This document shows positions 49,995 to 60,612 of a DNA stretch of 64,000 nucleotides, in pieces. The position numbers and the translations under genes were made by a program. The DNA lies in contig JAAILG010000592.1 in assembly GCA_012026655.1 (NCBI GenBank), positions 1 to 64,000 on the forward strand, given 5' to 3'. Position 1 is the first letter of the stretch; each line of letters starts with the position of its first letter. The notes beneath the pieces were generated by a model, which ran no database searches, had not been told where the DNA came from, and saw only the letters and a program-made list of their open reading frames with translations. This DNA comes from Hydrolagus affinis (taxonomy: Eukaryota).

Positions 49995-50255
49995 TTATAA
50001 TAATAATCCTTGCATTTGATATAATGCTTTTCATGTCTTCAAGACATCTCAAAGCATTTCACAGAATACACTGTAAAGCGATTTGACTGTATATTTGTCC
50101 ACAAAACACAGCAGCCAATTTTTTTTTGACAGATTATTATTAGGCGTGTGGAGTAAGGAAATTTGCCCAAGGTGTCGCCCTGACCTGCCTGGATTCGAAA
50201 CATAGGTCTCACGTTTGTAAGCTGAGTGCTCTAATCACTGAGCTACAGGACTCCA
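49995..50255 (-). mobile_element. tRNA-derived SINE with internal deletion, NUBPL intron 6
   Basis: Head ggagtcctgtagctcagtgattagagcact, B-box tgtttcgaatcc, tail (ATT)n. Confidence 0.85.
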
Positions 50256-50494
50256 TATATCGGCGCAACTACCACAAATATAAATATGTCTTCAGAAGAG
50301 AAGAAAACAGGAAAAAGGTAAAAACACAATTAATGACCCAAGATAATCAGCGCCTTTGGACGTCCTCCTGACGACGTGAAAGGCGCTCTAGTAATGTAAT
50401 TTTGTTTGTTGTTGTTGTAATCTGAAATACTTAGTGGCTAATGGTTATTATATTGAGAAAATAGGAAAGTACAATGCACCAATAGAGTTCTCAC

Positions 50495-50585
50495 CTGTCT
50501 TATCAACCTCTCTATTGCTGACATCACCATAAGACCTCTCCAGATGATTGGTGCCGTCTCCTCTACCAAGAAACCCATTGACATG
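50495..50585 (-). CDS. NUBPL: NUBPL exon 6 (91 nt)
   Basis: cattacag|C ATG ... CAG|gtgaga; [30 protein letters not shown]. Confidence 0.96.
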
Positions 50586-50733
50586 CTGTAATGAATGGAA
50601 CAGAAATGTCGGGAAGAACACAGTCAAGAATCATATACAATAAGCACAAAAAAGTACTATTAAATTGGATTTTTTAAAAACTGAAATAAAATGCACAAGA
50701 AAGCCAGGTTATAAATGAAAGGAAAATACTTAC

Positions 50734-50773
50734 CAGGCAATACCAAAGTTCACCAGCGGTCTCATCAAGTTCC
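50734..50773 (-). CDS. NUBPL: NUBPL exon 5 (40 nt)
   Basis: ttattataag|GG AAC ... TG|gtaagt; RNLMRPLVNFGIAC. Confidence 0.93.
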
Positions 50774-50934
50774 CTTATAATAAAATAAAATTTATTTTAA
50801 TATAATCTAAAATAGGAGCACATGCATCAATTAAAACTTTTTAAAAATGTTTCTGAACCTTTCCAAATATACATACATGACCAGCATAGTGGTCCAATAT
50901 GTGATTACTTAAGCATTATGCCATAGAATACAGT

Positions 50935-51338
50935 ATAACAACAACAAAATTGCACTTATATAGCGCCTTTCATGTCGGGAGGATGTCCCAAAGCGCTGAA
51001 CAGTCTGGTCGGAACCCGATCGGGGGGGTGGGGGAGGGTCGAAAGGAGAGTGGGAGAGGGGGAAGAGGGGAAAGGAGAGTGGGAGAGGGGGAAGAGTTAG
51101 TGGGGCAGCCGAAGGTGCAGTCAAAGAGGACGGTCTTGAGACCGGCCTTGAAGGAGGAAAGGGAGGAAGCAAGGTGGAGGGGCTGCGGGATGGAGTTCCA
51201 CAGTGTGGGAGCAGAAAGGCTGAAAGCCCAGCCGCTGATGGTTGCGCGGTTAGGACGGTGGACACAGAGCAGGCCTGAGTCTGCTGAATGGAGGGTGCGG
51301 GCAGGTTGGAAGGGATACAATAGGTCAGAGAGATAGAC
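50935..51338 (-). mobile_element. L2 LINE 3' fragment, NUBPL intron 4
   Basis: YLSDLLYPFQPARTLHSADSGLLCV..GWAFSLSAPTLWNSIPQPLHLASSLSSFKAGLKTVLF is a typical L2 ORF2 C-terminus. Confidence 0.92.
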
Positions 51339-52832
51339 AGAAGATAGAAGAGGATAAATAGAAGAATTTAGGCTAAAATCTCCACTGCTTGATATGGCCC
51401 GTACTTGCTTGGCTCCCACCTAGATATAGCAGTAAAATTGTAACCCATTTACAAAAACATCAAATTCCACAATCGAAAGATTGTTTCCCACCTCCAGAAT
51501 TCATCAAACAATAAGTAGAAAAAATATTGATCTCTGATAATCATCTAACCATACATCACAGTGTTATGTAGTGTATGCATATATCAGAGACATTGGAAAT
51601 GATCCATACATTCATCATAGGTTAAAGAAACTGATTAATTTGTTGTTTTATTCACTGCCAGGTATAATACAACAACAACTTGCATTCATATAGTGCCCTC
51701 AACAGCAGGCGGCGTCTCAGAGCGCTAAATAGATGCACTCAATAGCATGGTTTACAAATGAAGATGGCAATTCATGTAAATTACCACTGAAGACTGTCTT
51801 TCGTCCATGAATGTATATCCCAACATGATCTGTACAGTATTTTACTTAGAATCATTTCAAATAAACGAATGATATTTACACTTGCAAACTTCATTAAATG
51901 CATACAAACAATGTAACTCAACTGAACTCTGTTGCTAAGAAAACAAAATCTACATTCATAACAGGTATATTGAAATAGGTCTTCTACTCAAGAAACAATG
52001 TTTAAGAAATACACACTCAAGAGTTGCAGCAGGCACTCCGCGTGCTATGGTATTTTGTCAATGTCTTCTCATATGTGATTGGGTTGTAGACTGATTATAT
52101 TATGCTGCAACTAGAGCCACAGCTTGCCTGAGCTCTACAGATTTGCATTTGAAAGAAACAGCTCGCATTTTATATCAAAAAAATTGAACTGCATCTATGT
52201 GAACACCCTTCAAATACTGTAGAATAGGTTCCTTTTAACATTTCATGTCTCCTGTCTAGTGCACAGAATGTTTCAGTGCAATACATCAACAGTTTTGACT
52301 AGTGGGGCACTTATTAAACAGTATCCTTTGTTCATGAGAATCTATGTAAGAAAAACAAAAGCAACGTATTAATTATTCAAAGCCATCTTACCTACTCTAA
52401 ACCTACAACTTCAAAAAACACCTGACAAGCAGCATCAGAGGTGAGCATTTTTTTTTTTTTTACACACATACATCAGTCTTTGCATTATTTATAGTTTGGT
52501 TTAAAAGCAGGTCTATACTATTTGCACTTTTCCAAATGATTCTATGGTTTCTCTTGTACTGTACAGCAGGGAAGATGTAACGAAAGGATAACATTAAAGC
52601 ACAGCCAAAAAAAATTACATTTGCTCTCTGAACTCCCCTCCCACACAATCCATTCTAGTAGCATGGTTTATTCACCGGTATCTTGAAGTCTGAAAAGCTT
52701 GGAAAATTGACCTAAAGTAAAACAAGTCATACAGACAGGAGAGTCGATCTGATTAGACGCTTACTTTTTTTTCTTGATGATCATTCCACTGCACTCAAAT
52801 TTAGTAGTGTTAAGTGAACCCAACGAATGTAA

Positions 52833-53104
52833 AAATAATAATCCTTACATTTAATATAGTGCTTTTTTACATCTTCTAGACGTCTCAAAGCGCTTCACAG
52901 AATATACTGTAGGGTGAAATGACTGCGGGTGAAACACGGCAGCCATTTGTGCACAGCAGCTTCCTACAAACAGTCGTGGATTGCAATGAACAATGTATTA
53001 TTAGGCATGTAAAGAAACTTGCCCAAGGTTTTGCCCTGTCTGGAAATGAACCCAGGTCGCTTGCTTGCAAGGCGAGTGCTTTTACCGCTGAGCTACAGCA
53101 CTCT
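52833..53104 (-). mobile_element. tRNA-derived SINE, full length
   Basis: Head gagtgctgtagctcagcggtaaaagcact, B-box-like gggttcatttcc, L2-type tail. Confidence 0.88.
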
Positions 53105-54278
53105 GCGTGAGTAAGGAGTTATTTTGTGCTTATACCTAATTGGTAATATATCTGGCTCATCTGAGGTTGATACATCTTAACAGTCTGTACACTTATTTAA
53201 AAATCACAATGGAAAAGAAACCAAACAGTCTTAGCAGCAAAGATGTTTCCATACCAAGGCTTTCCTCCAACAGCCATTGTCCTAACCACAACACAGAGTT
53301 TCCCATTGAAAACAAATAATTAACTAAATTACGGTAGCACTTGGTAAATTCAGGGCTATACCCTATTAGCTCCTAACAATTCAGCAATAAAACTACTGAT
53401 TGCTATAATTGCAGTGCATCAATTACATCTCAAATTACTAATCTGAGGATCTAACATCAACTAAATTCCCTGGCCAAATCTCAACAGTGCATACAACACG
53501 CTATACAAGTACTGTAGATTATGTAGATTAAATCACAATACAAGAATAATTTGGATGAGCTATATGAAAACCAGGCCTCTAAAGGAATTATAGCACAAAA
53601 CATACACAATGATTTATTGGTGGAGGACTATATCACAATATTTGTGATTCAACAATATTTTATAGCTGTGAAACTCCTTCAAAAGTGAACAGCACTATTA
53701 TCAAATATAGAATTAATTATGATAATAAGCTTGACTATTTGGCCATGCTAGCCATAGATGACAGAATTATGGGTTACGAGTGATTTCCAAAAAAATGTAG
53801 GTGAATGAGACAAAATCAAGTAAGGCAACCCTTCTGAATCGAAGTACATTATAAGAGCGGAATTGATATACTGTATTATATAGCGGAGCCATCAACATTT
53901 ACGGTAGGAATGTCAGTTATATTAATAATCTTTGGATTTGATATAGTGTCTTTCGGGTAGAAAGTCATCCAGGGAATTTACTGTAAAGTGTAGTGCCTTT
54001 ACATCTTGCAGTCAATCAGAAAGATTAACACAAATCACAAGCTACTGTAATTTAACAGATGCATCAAAACAACTCATATTTTTGAACTAAAATAAAAAAT
54101 CAGCATTTATTAGTAGCGACACTAGGCTGAAAATTTCAGTACCGAATTGTGTCATGTTGTTACCTTCTCTGTTCAATAAAATGTTCTCTCTTTTTATGCA
54201 AGTCCTTTTTTTTTCTATTTGATGACAAACTCAGTGCAATTGTAAAATATTGAACCAAAGTACTGTATAAAAGCTTAC

Positions 54279-54369
54279 TCTCTGTTAGTTCTGGATTTCC
54301 TTTCAAGTTCATCATCCGGGGAATGGACGGACCATACACATCTGCATCCAGTAACCCCACTGTCTTTGA
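54279..54369 (-). CDS. NUBPL: NUBPL exon 4 (91 nt)
   Basis: ttcttccag|TCA ... GAG A|gtaagc; SKTVGLLDADVYGPSIPRMMNLKGNPELTE. Confidence 0.96.
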
Positions 54370-55479
54370 CTGGAAGAAAAAGTACAATGCATACTTCAAC
54401 CCTCACACTTGAAGTTTGTCTTACACTTTTTATCATCACGACTTTTTCATCTCTCTCCACCTATCCTGGTGGCATTTAACAACTTTTACTTCAGTTCTAT
54501 TCTTCTGGTCACTGTAAAATTCAACGAGTGAATCAGTTGAGAAGTATTTGAATCGAGTGATTCTCAACCAATTCACCCCTCAAACTAGAATTTTATTCCT
54601 AAAACTGCTCAGCCTCTCTTGATTCAACTGATATACATTTTTGACACTCCTCAACTTAGCCACTAGATGGAAAATGGAACGCCACAGAGCAATATGTTCT
54701 CTCGTAAGGCAAGTTATACATTCCCTTGATTTAATGAAGGAGGCAATACAGCCCATAAAATCTGCACTGGTATTTCTCTCCATGAGCCATTTTGTTGAAA
54801 CCCTTTAATATCTTTTTCCACCATCTAATTCTCTTATAAAAGAATTTATGTATCCAATTTTGCCTTTTTGCCAATTTCGTGGCAGAGAATTCCATGTTCC
54901 AAACTTCCTCTATAGATGACTTTTTTTTCTCATCTCTTCAATTTTTTTTTAACAAATCTCTGTCCTTGGTGTGTTTGAAATAACGTGGAATTTTATTACA
55001 AGATACAGATCAATCCTATTATATATTGTAGTTTGGATCAATAAACTCAGTCTGCTTGGAATGCATGATAAAAATGGTCATTAGTCAGCATTTGTGTATC
55101 ACTGTTATATGACATCCTGCACATCACACCAGCCAACAACTGCTCTCGCAAAGTTTCTAGCAGTAGCTCAGATATCACTAACATCCACTGGGACTTCTGT
55201 GCTTACATGGTTTACGCGGGAAGTATCCTGCACTTGCAATATATTGCAGACTCACGCCCTACTGGTGCTTATTATAATAAGGTTAGCTTGTATATCCATC
55301 ACTTTGTACCCTTGCTAACCTACCTCTTACTATATCATTTATGGAGCAAAGTATAGTTTTCAACTAAATTACAATAATGTAATCAAATGTTATGGTGTAG
55401 TTAAAATTTGTGTTATGTACAAATGATAATTTTAGACTGATCAGAATAATTTTGTTCAAAATGAATATTAAATACCTAC

Positions 55480-55514
55480 CGAATCATTAGCTGCTATTCC
55501 CAGAGCCAAATTGA
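55480..55514 (-). CDS. NUBPL: NUBPL exon 3 (35 nt)
   Basis: tctgttgcag|TC AAT ... TCG|gtaggt; VNLALGIAANDS. Confidence 0.93.
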
Positions 55515-56231
55515 CTGCAACAGAAATTGAGTTATTCAAAGTATATTTATGTGCATTACATTTAAATGTATTTTAAGATACAAGTATGAAATAGATAATA
55601 TTTAAAAGGAAGCAAGACTTTCACGTGAGGGAAAATGAAATAGCAGAGTAGTGGGTGGATGCTCATGTGGAGTTAGGTTATTCAACTGTGTGGAGGGGGT
55701 ATTGTAACCCCCTCTTGTAAGTGCAAATTGCAAGCACTTAGAGATGTCTCGAAGACATGATAAGGCGCCATATCAAATGCAAGCATTATTATTAAATTAA
55801 CAACCAATCTTGACCCTGTCCTATTCAACTCTGGAACACTTTCCCTCAATCCCACCGCCTTGCCCCCTCTTTCTCCCTTTTCAAGAGACACCTGAAAACC
55901 TTCTGCTTGGACCGTGCTGATGGCAACCTCCCCACCCCATCGCCGGCTTGGAGTCAGGCTCGCCACTGTGAAGCTCTCTGAGACGCTACCCCGATTGGAG
56001 AGCACTATATATGTCCAAGTTGTTGTTGCCTTGCTTTTTTGGCTACAATCAGATAAAATAAATATGTGCGCCCACACTGAGAATAGCTCAGCAAACCACC
56101 TTTTGATCTGTGTGGAAATGCTATACAGCAGGAACACTTTACTCACTAGGCAATCAGGAGGACGCCAAGCTTTTATAGTTCTTAAATCTCTGATTGCAGA
56201 AAGGAATAATGTTCATTATTGTGCTTTGTAC

Positions 56232-56379
56232 CTGCAGTGGTTGATTTTCCAACACCTCCTTTTCCTGAGGCTACAACAACAACTTGTTTCACACCTTGAA
56301 TCGCTTTTAGCTTAGGAAGTCCCCGAGCCATCAATCGTTTTTGTCTCTCTTGTATTGATTCAGCACCACTTTCTGAAGA
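56232..56379 (-). CDS. NUBPL: NUBPL exon 2 (148 nt), deviant Walker A
   Basis: tttcttaag|TCT ... GCA G|gtacaa; [49 protein letters not shown]. Confidence 0.94.
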
Positions 56380-58399
56380 CTTAAGAAATCATAATAATTT
56401 ACACAAGCAATTGGAACACCTAATTCCAAAAGTTTTTTGAAAATCAATTAATAAAGTAGATTTTTGTCTGCAGCACACATCACTGTCTTAGATCTCGGTT
56501 CATCCAACATTACACACTACAAATTTAAGGCAATGCCTTTTGGACTCAATCAACTTTCTATGTAGTTCAAATGCAAAGATTAGAGCTTCTTTATTATCAA
56601 TTGATTTTCATTGCAGTTTGTAAATGGCATTGTAACATTTAAAGAAGTAATTTAATAGTGAATTTGCAACACTAAGTCAGTTCAACATTTTTTATAAAGG
56701 GAGAAAGGTACAAATGTTGAGCAACTTGTTGACTGTTTCGAACAACAACGACAACAAAATTACATTTATAGAGCGCCATTCACGTTGGGAGGATGTCCCA
56801 AGGCCTTGAATTGTCAGGGCCTGAGCACTGGGGATGGGCAAGGTAGGAGGGAGAGAGGCAGGAGGGTAAAAGAAGGCAAGATCAAACAGACTGTAAAGTA
56901 TTCAGCACTCACTATTATTCACATAAATATATGTACAGTACTATATATGGATCAGTCACAGTACCATAAATGCTCATACACCCCAGCAACATTATCCTTA
57001 TACTGGTGCTTCACTGCCTTCAAACTCTCAATATTTACATACATTACAGCATATAAGCAGAGCATTTCGTCCAACTTGTCCATGCAGTATTTGTACACCA
57101 TACAAGCCTCAACCCCTCCTAATCCTATTTATTACATGTGCATCATGTTTCCTCTTAAATGCTTTGACACTTTTCGTTTCAAACAGTACTTCTATCAGTG
57201 AGTTCCACGTTTGGTCCATTCTCAGTGTAAAGCAGATCCTCCTAAATTACCCGTTAGATATTCTACTTTATTGATGCCCCACTTTGGAGCCACCAATAAC
57301 AGCCAATTTTACTTCAAACCCAACATCACTCATACCAATATTACATGTTTGTTTCCTGTAGATTTCTCTGATAACTTAGATTACTCACTCATTGGTGGGA
57401 ATTCGAAGGACACTGGGGGGGAGGGACTCATTCCATTCATATCCTGCAAGCCAAAGTTCTAATGATTAGGGTGGTCCTAGTTGGACAAGGTGTGGAAAAG
57501 CTTGCCAGACAATGATATCAATGGCAATTTATGTGAATTTAGCAGGTTAGACTCCACCAGTATCCTCGTGCACAAACTGGGGTACTCCAGCATTAGCTCT
57601 TGCAAACTTCACCTGATACTTTCCGGAATTAGGTAAATAAGATGAACTTCTCCAGGGAGAATGTGTATTTCATTCCAATAAATATTTAGGATTTAGAAAT
57701 TACTTTATCAATACAATATCATTACTAACTGGATGAAAACATTTATGGTATTTGCATTGGCTATTTGAATTTACATTAAAACCGCTAAAAGATAACAAAC
57801 CAGAACAAGCATTAAATTCTTGAAACTTGAAACAGACACTGCTACAATGGTGATGATGATTCTGATCCAGCATGAATCGAGAGAGCAATTTAGTTTTGTA
57901 AGTTCACGGAAGTCGATTTCAAATGCTGAATTCGTTGTCCAGCAGTAAAAAGTAGATTTGGCGATGCAAATATTTATGAAGATTTAAACCTTGCGGCCTA
58001 CTCTGAAGATTAACGTTATTTTTTATGTACCTACAAGTCAGTCGAATCCGCAAGGGTGAACTAACAGCCAACTGCCTTCACGATTCAATGGGCCAGCTGA
58101 TAAAAAGTGAGTACACACGCCGCCAGTTGAAACCCATCATCTAAAACTACCAGCGTTGGAAATAATCGAAACGATTATCAGCGAAGCTTTCCTCTACACC
58201 CACCATGAGCCGCCCGACGCATGCAGCCAGCTGCTCCGCAAAAAGCCGTGTGTCCGAGCAGGGAGGCGCTCGCTTGCTGAGCCAACGAAAGGTTGAGGTT
58301 GACAATAACATCGCTCCCACGGGAGCACCGGCCGCTCGACAGACAAACATCATCACACTTTCCCCAATGGCGCAGCCGCTCGTCTTCAATTCTCCCCAC

Positions 58400-58483
58400 A
58401 CAACTGAACTGCCGCCACAGCCTCAGCGGCGTAATAAAGCCGCGACAAGCGCCAGCCCGGGGTAGGACTGAAGTGCGGCCCAT
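58400..58483 (-). CDS. NUBPL: NUBPL first coding exon, mitochondrial presequence
   Basis: MGRTSVLPRAGACRGFITPLRLWRQFSC: Arg-rich, no acidic residues, RQFS cleavage-like motif. The phase-0 donor TGT|gtgggg is weak, so the 3' boundary is uncertain. Confidence 0.65.
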
Positions 58484-58957
58484 TTATCCCTATAATAAAA
58501 TAAACTATATATATTTATATAACTGTACAGTATATAACTATATATTTTTTTAAAAAGCAAAAACCCTTCTATTAATTCCAGACAAATGCCTCTGAAGCCG
58601 CCGCGGAAGCTGAGAGAGAGTCTGTCACCATGGTAACAGGTTTGAATCTCCTCCCTCCCAACCGCCTCACGCTCGCTACATGACGCAGGCCGGAAATCGT
58701 CACTCCTCCCCCCCTCCCCCTCCCAAGCGTCTACCCATGGTTCTCAGAGGGGGCAAATTTGAAGGGGGCCTTTCATGTCAACCGTTTCTTTTAATCCTGG
58801 GGGATTTTGGGGGGGTTTGAAATTACCCTTTCGCCAGCCGCACTGGGGACGCCCCCTCCCCACCCGGCCTCGGCACCGCGCCCGTCCCCCGCTCGGAAAG
58901 TTGGTCCCTTGTGAGTGAATTCTCGGCGCAGCGCGGGTCCCGGGGTCTTGGTTTCCA
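58484..58957. promoter_or_regulatory. Bidirectional CpG-island promoter shared by NUBPL and the Myb/SANT-like gene
   Basis: Divergent ATGs 474 nt apart; RFX X-box-like GTCACCATGGTAAC at 58624-58637; TGACGCA at 58681; ETS-like CCGGAAAT at 58690; GC-rich tracts. Confidence 0.75.
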
Positions 58958-59486
58958 ATGATGTCTGAAGTGAGGTCTGAGCGCGGTGCCCTGTGGTCTG
59001 ATGCCGAGACCCTGGCGCTCATCGCCATCTGGAGTGAGGAGAACGTGCAGACTGCGCTGGACGAGCAGCTGAGGAACAGCCACGTCTTTAAATTCATCTC
59101 GTCGCAGCTCCTGGACCAGGGTTATATCCGAACCCCCGAGCAGTGCCGTATCCGCATCAAGGGGCTGAAGAGGAAATACACGCTGGCCAAGGACAGCATC
59201 AAGCGGGGCTGCAGCGCGAGCGGCAGGAAGATCTGCAGGTTTTACGAGCAGCTCGATGCCGTGCTCGGCTCCAGGATCGGTAACGACCGCTCCGTAGTCA
59301 TGGACACAATCGCGACGCCCAACCAGCCTCAGGACATTAAAGAGGAGCAGAACAGTCCGCGGTCTGATGTCAGTCAGAGAGTTGAATGCCGGAATGGCCA
59401 TTGTTCTTCAGAGGAGCCAGATCTTCCCCTGGGGGAGACCAGCACCCGGCAATTCGAACCACAACCTTCTACCAGCGCTTTTTGTA
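58958..59486 (+). CDS. Myb/SANT-like (trihelix, Myb_DNA-bind_4-type) DNA-binding protein, first coding exon
   Basis: LWSDAETLALIAIW..VFKFISSQLLDQGYIRTPEQCRIRIKGLKRKY..CRFYEQLDAVLG matches the MSANTD/ZSCAN29-type domain pattern; GC3-rich codons; strong phase-1 donor TGT A|gtaagt at 59486. Downstream exons not identified. Confidence 0.85.
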
Positions 59487-60284
59487 GTAAGTTAATTTAG
59501 TTCAATAAATTGAACTGGCATACTTGTTCTTAGCTTGTGATATTGTTTCCTTAGAACTGTCTGACGTAAAGCGAATAAAGCATGCTACTACTTACTACAA
59601 CAACAACAAAATTATAGTTGTATAGCGCCTTTCACGTTAGGAGGACGTCCCAAGGTACTATACTCAGGTACAATTGACGATGTGTTTTTTTTTGGCGATT
59701 TTTATAAACTTTCTTCTCCACTCCCTTCATAACAAAAGCAATCTTCAGCAACATATATGGAACGCTGAAATCCTCACGCCCAGGTCTCCGCTTTGGGCTG
59801 AATGATTTTCCTCTGGCTGTGGTGAGAATCTGTGCGCTGTTTCACGTGAAAGAGATAAACACAATTTGTTGCCGAGTCGACTTGATTTAAATACAGTTGA
59901 GTCACGATGAGTGAAAGCTAGAAATTCTTGCCCCACGACGATCAATGTAATTATGTGAATTGTTCCATCTTTGTATATTTGTGAAACCTCGATGCCCAAA
60001 TTTGTGGCAAATAAGCCTTTTGCGGTCGAGTGTAGTCGATTATTCTGCATCGGTATCTTTTAATTAATGGCTATCGGGTACACAAAAGGCAAAGTAGCAG
60101 CTAGATGAATGCATAGAGATCAACATATTTCTATAGTTGTTTCTTGCCAATTCACATTTCAGCTGCAGTTCCTAAATATTAAAAACATTTACAGTATACC
60201 AAATCAAAACATTTTTTTTGGAGGTAGACTTGGTAACTGGGAGGCAAATGTGGGCATTTTCCACCAGCAAGATCTTACAAAGAA

Positions 60285-60612
60285 TGATAATAATCTTTGC
60301 ATTTGATATAGCGCTGTTCACGTCTTCTAGACATCTCAAAGTGCTTCACGGAATACAATGTAAAGTGGATTGACTGTATATTTGTGAGCAAAACGCCACA
60401 GCCAATTGTGCACAGCAGTGTCCCACAAACAATCATGGATTGAGTGACCAAATAATTATTGTTTTTTTGTGATGGAATATTATTCTGGAAAAATGATCCA
60501 CCAATCAACTAATAATCGGGTTCCTACTTACTGGTAGGTAAACAGAGGTGTGCGGAGTAGGGAAACTTGCGCAATGTTTTTCGCTGCCTGCAATTGAACC
60601 AAGGTATACTGC
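60285..60612 (-). mobile_element. tRNA-derived SINE, near full length
   Basis: Same body and tail; shares the extra internal segment (gggttcctacttact..gtaaacag) with the 3905-4270 copy. A further tail-only copy lies at ~63617-63730. Confidence 0.82.

Noticed and set aside
50909-51419. Overlapping 118-149 aa ORFs (similar ones at 40.1-40.7 kb and 41.5-42.0 kb)
   Set aside because: Decayed L2 ORF2/3'UTR fragments, not host genes.
58823-59401. 192-aa minus-strand ORF
   Set aside because: Antisense shadow of the GC3-rich Myb/SANT exon; no recognisable domain.
59499-59516. Short hairpin agttcaataaattgaact containing AATAAA just after the ORF stop
   Set aside because: Could mark a single-exon polyadenylated form, but it is short, AT-rich and plausible by chance; the strong donor favours splicing.
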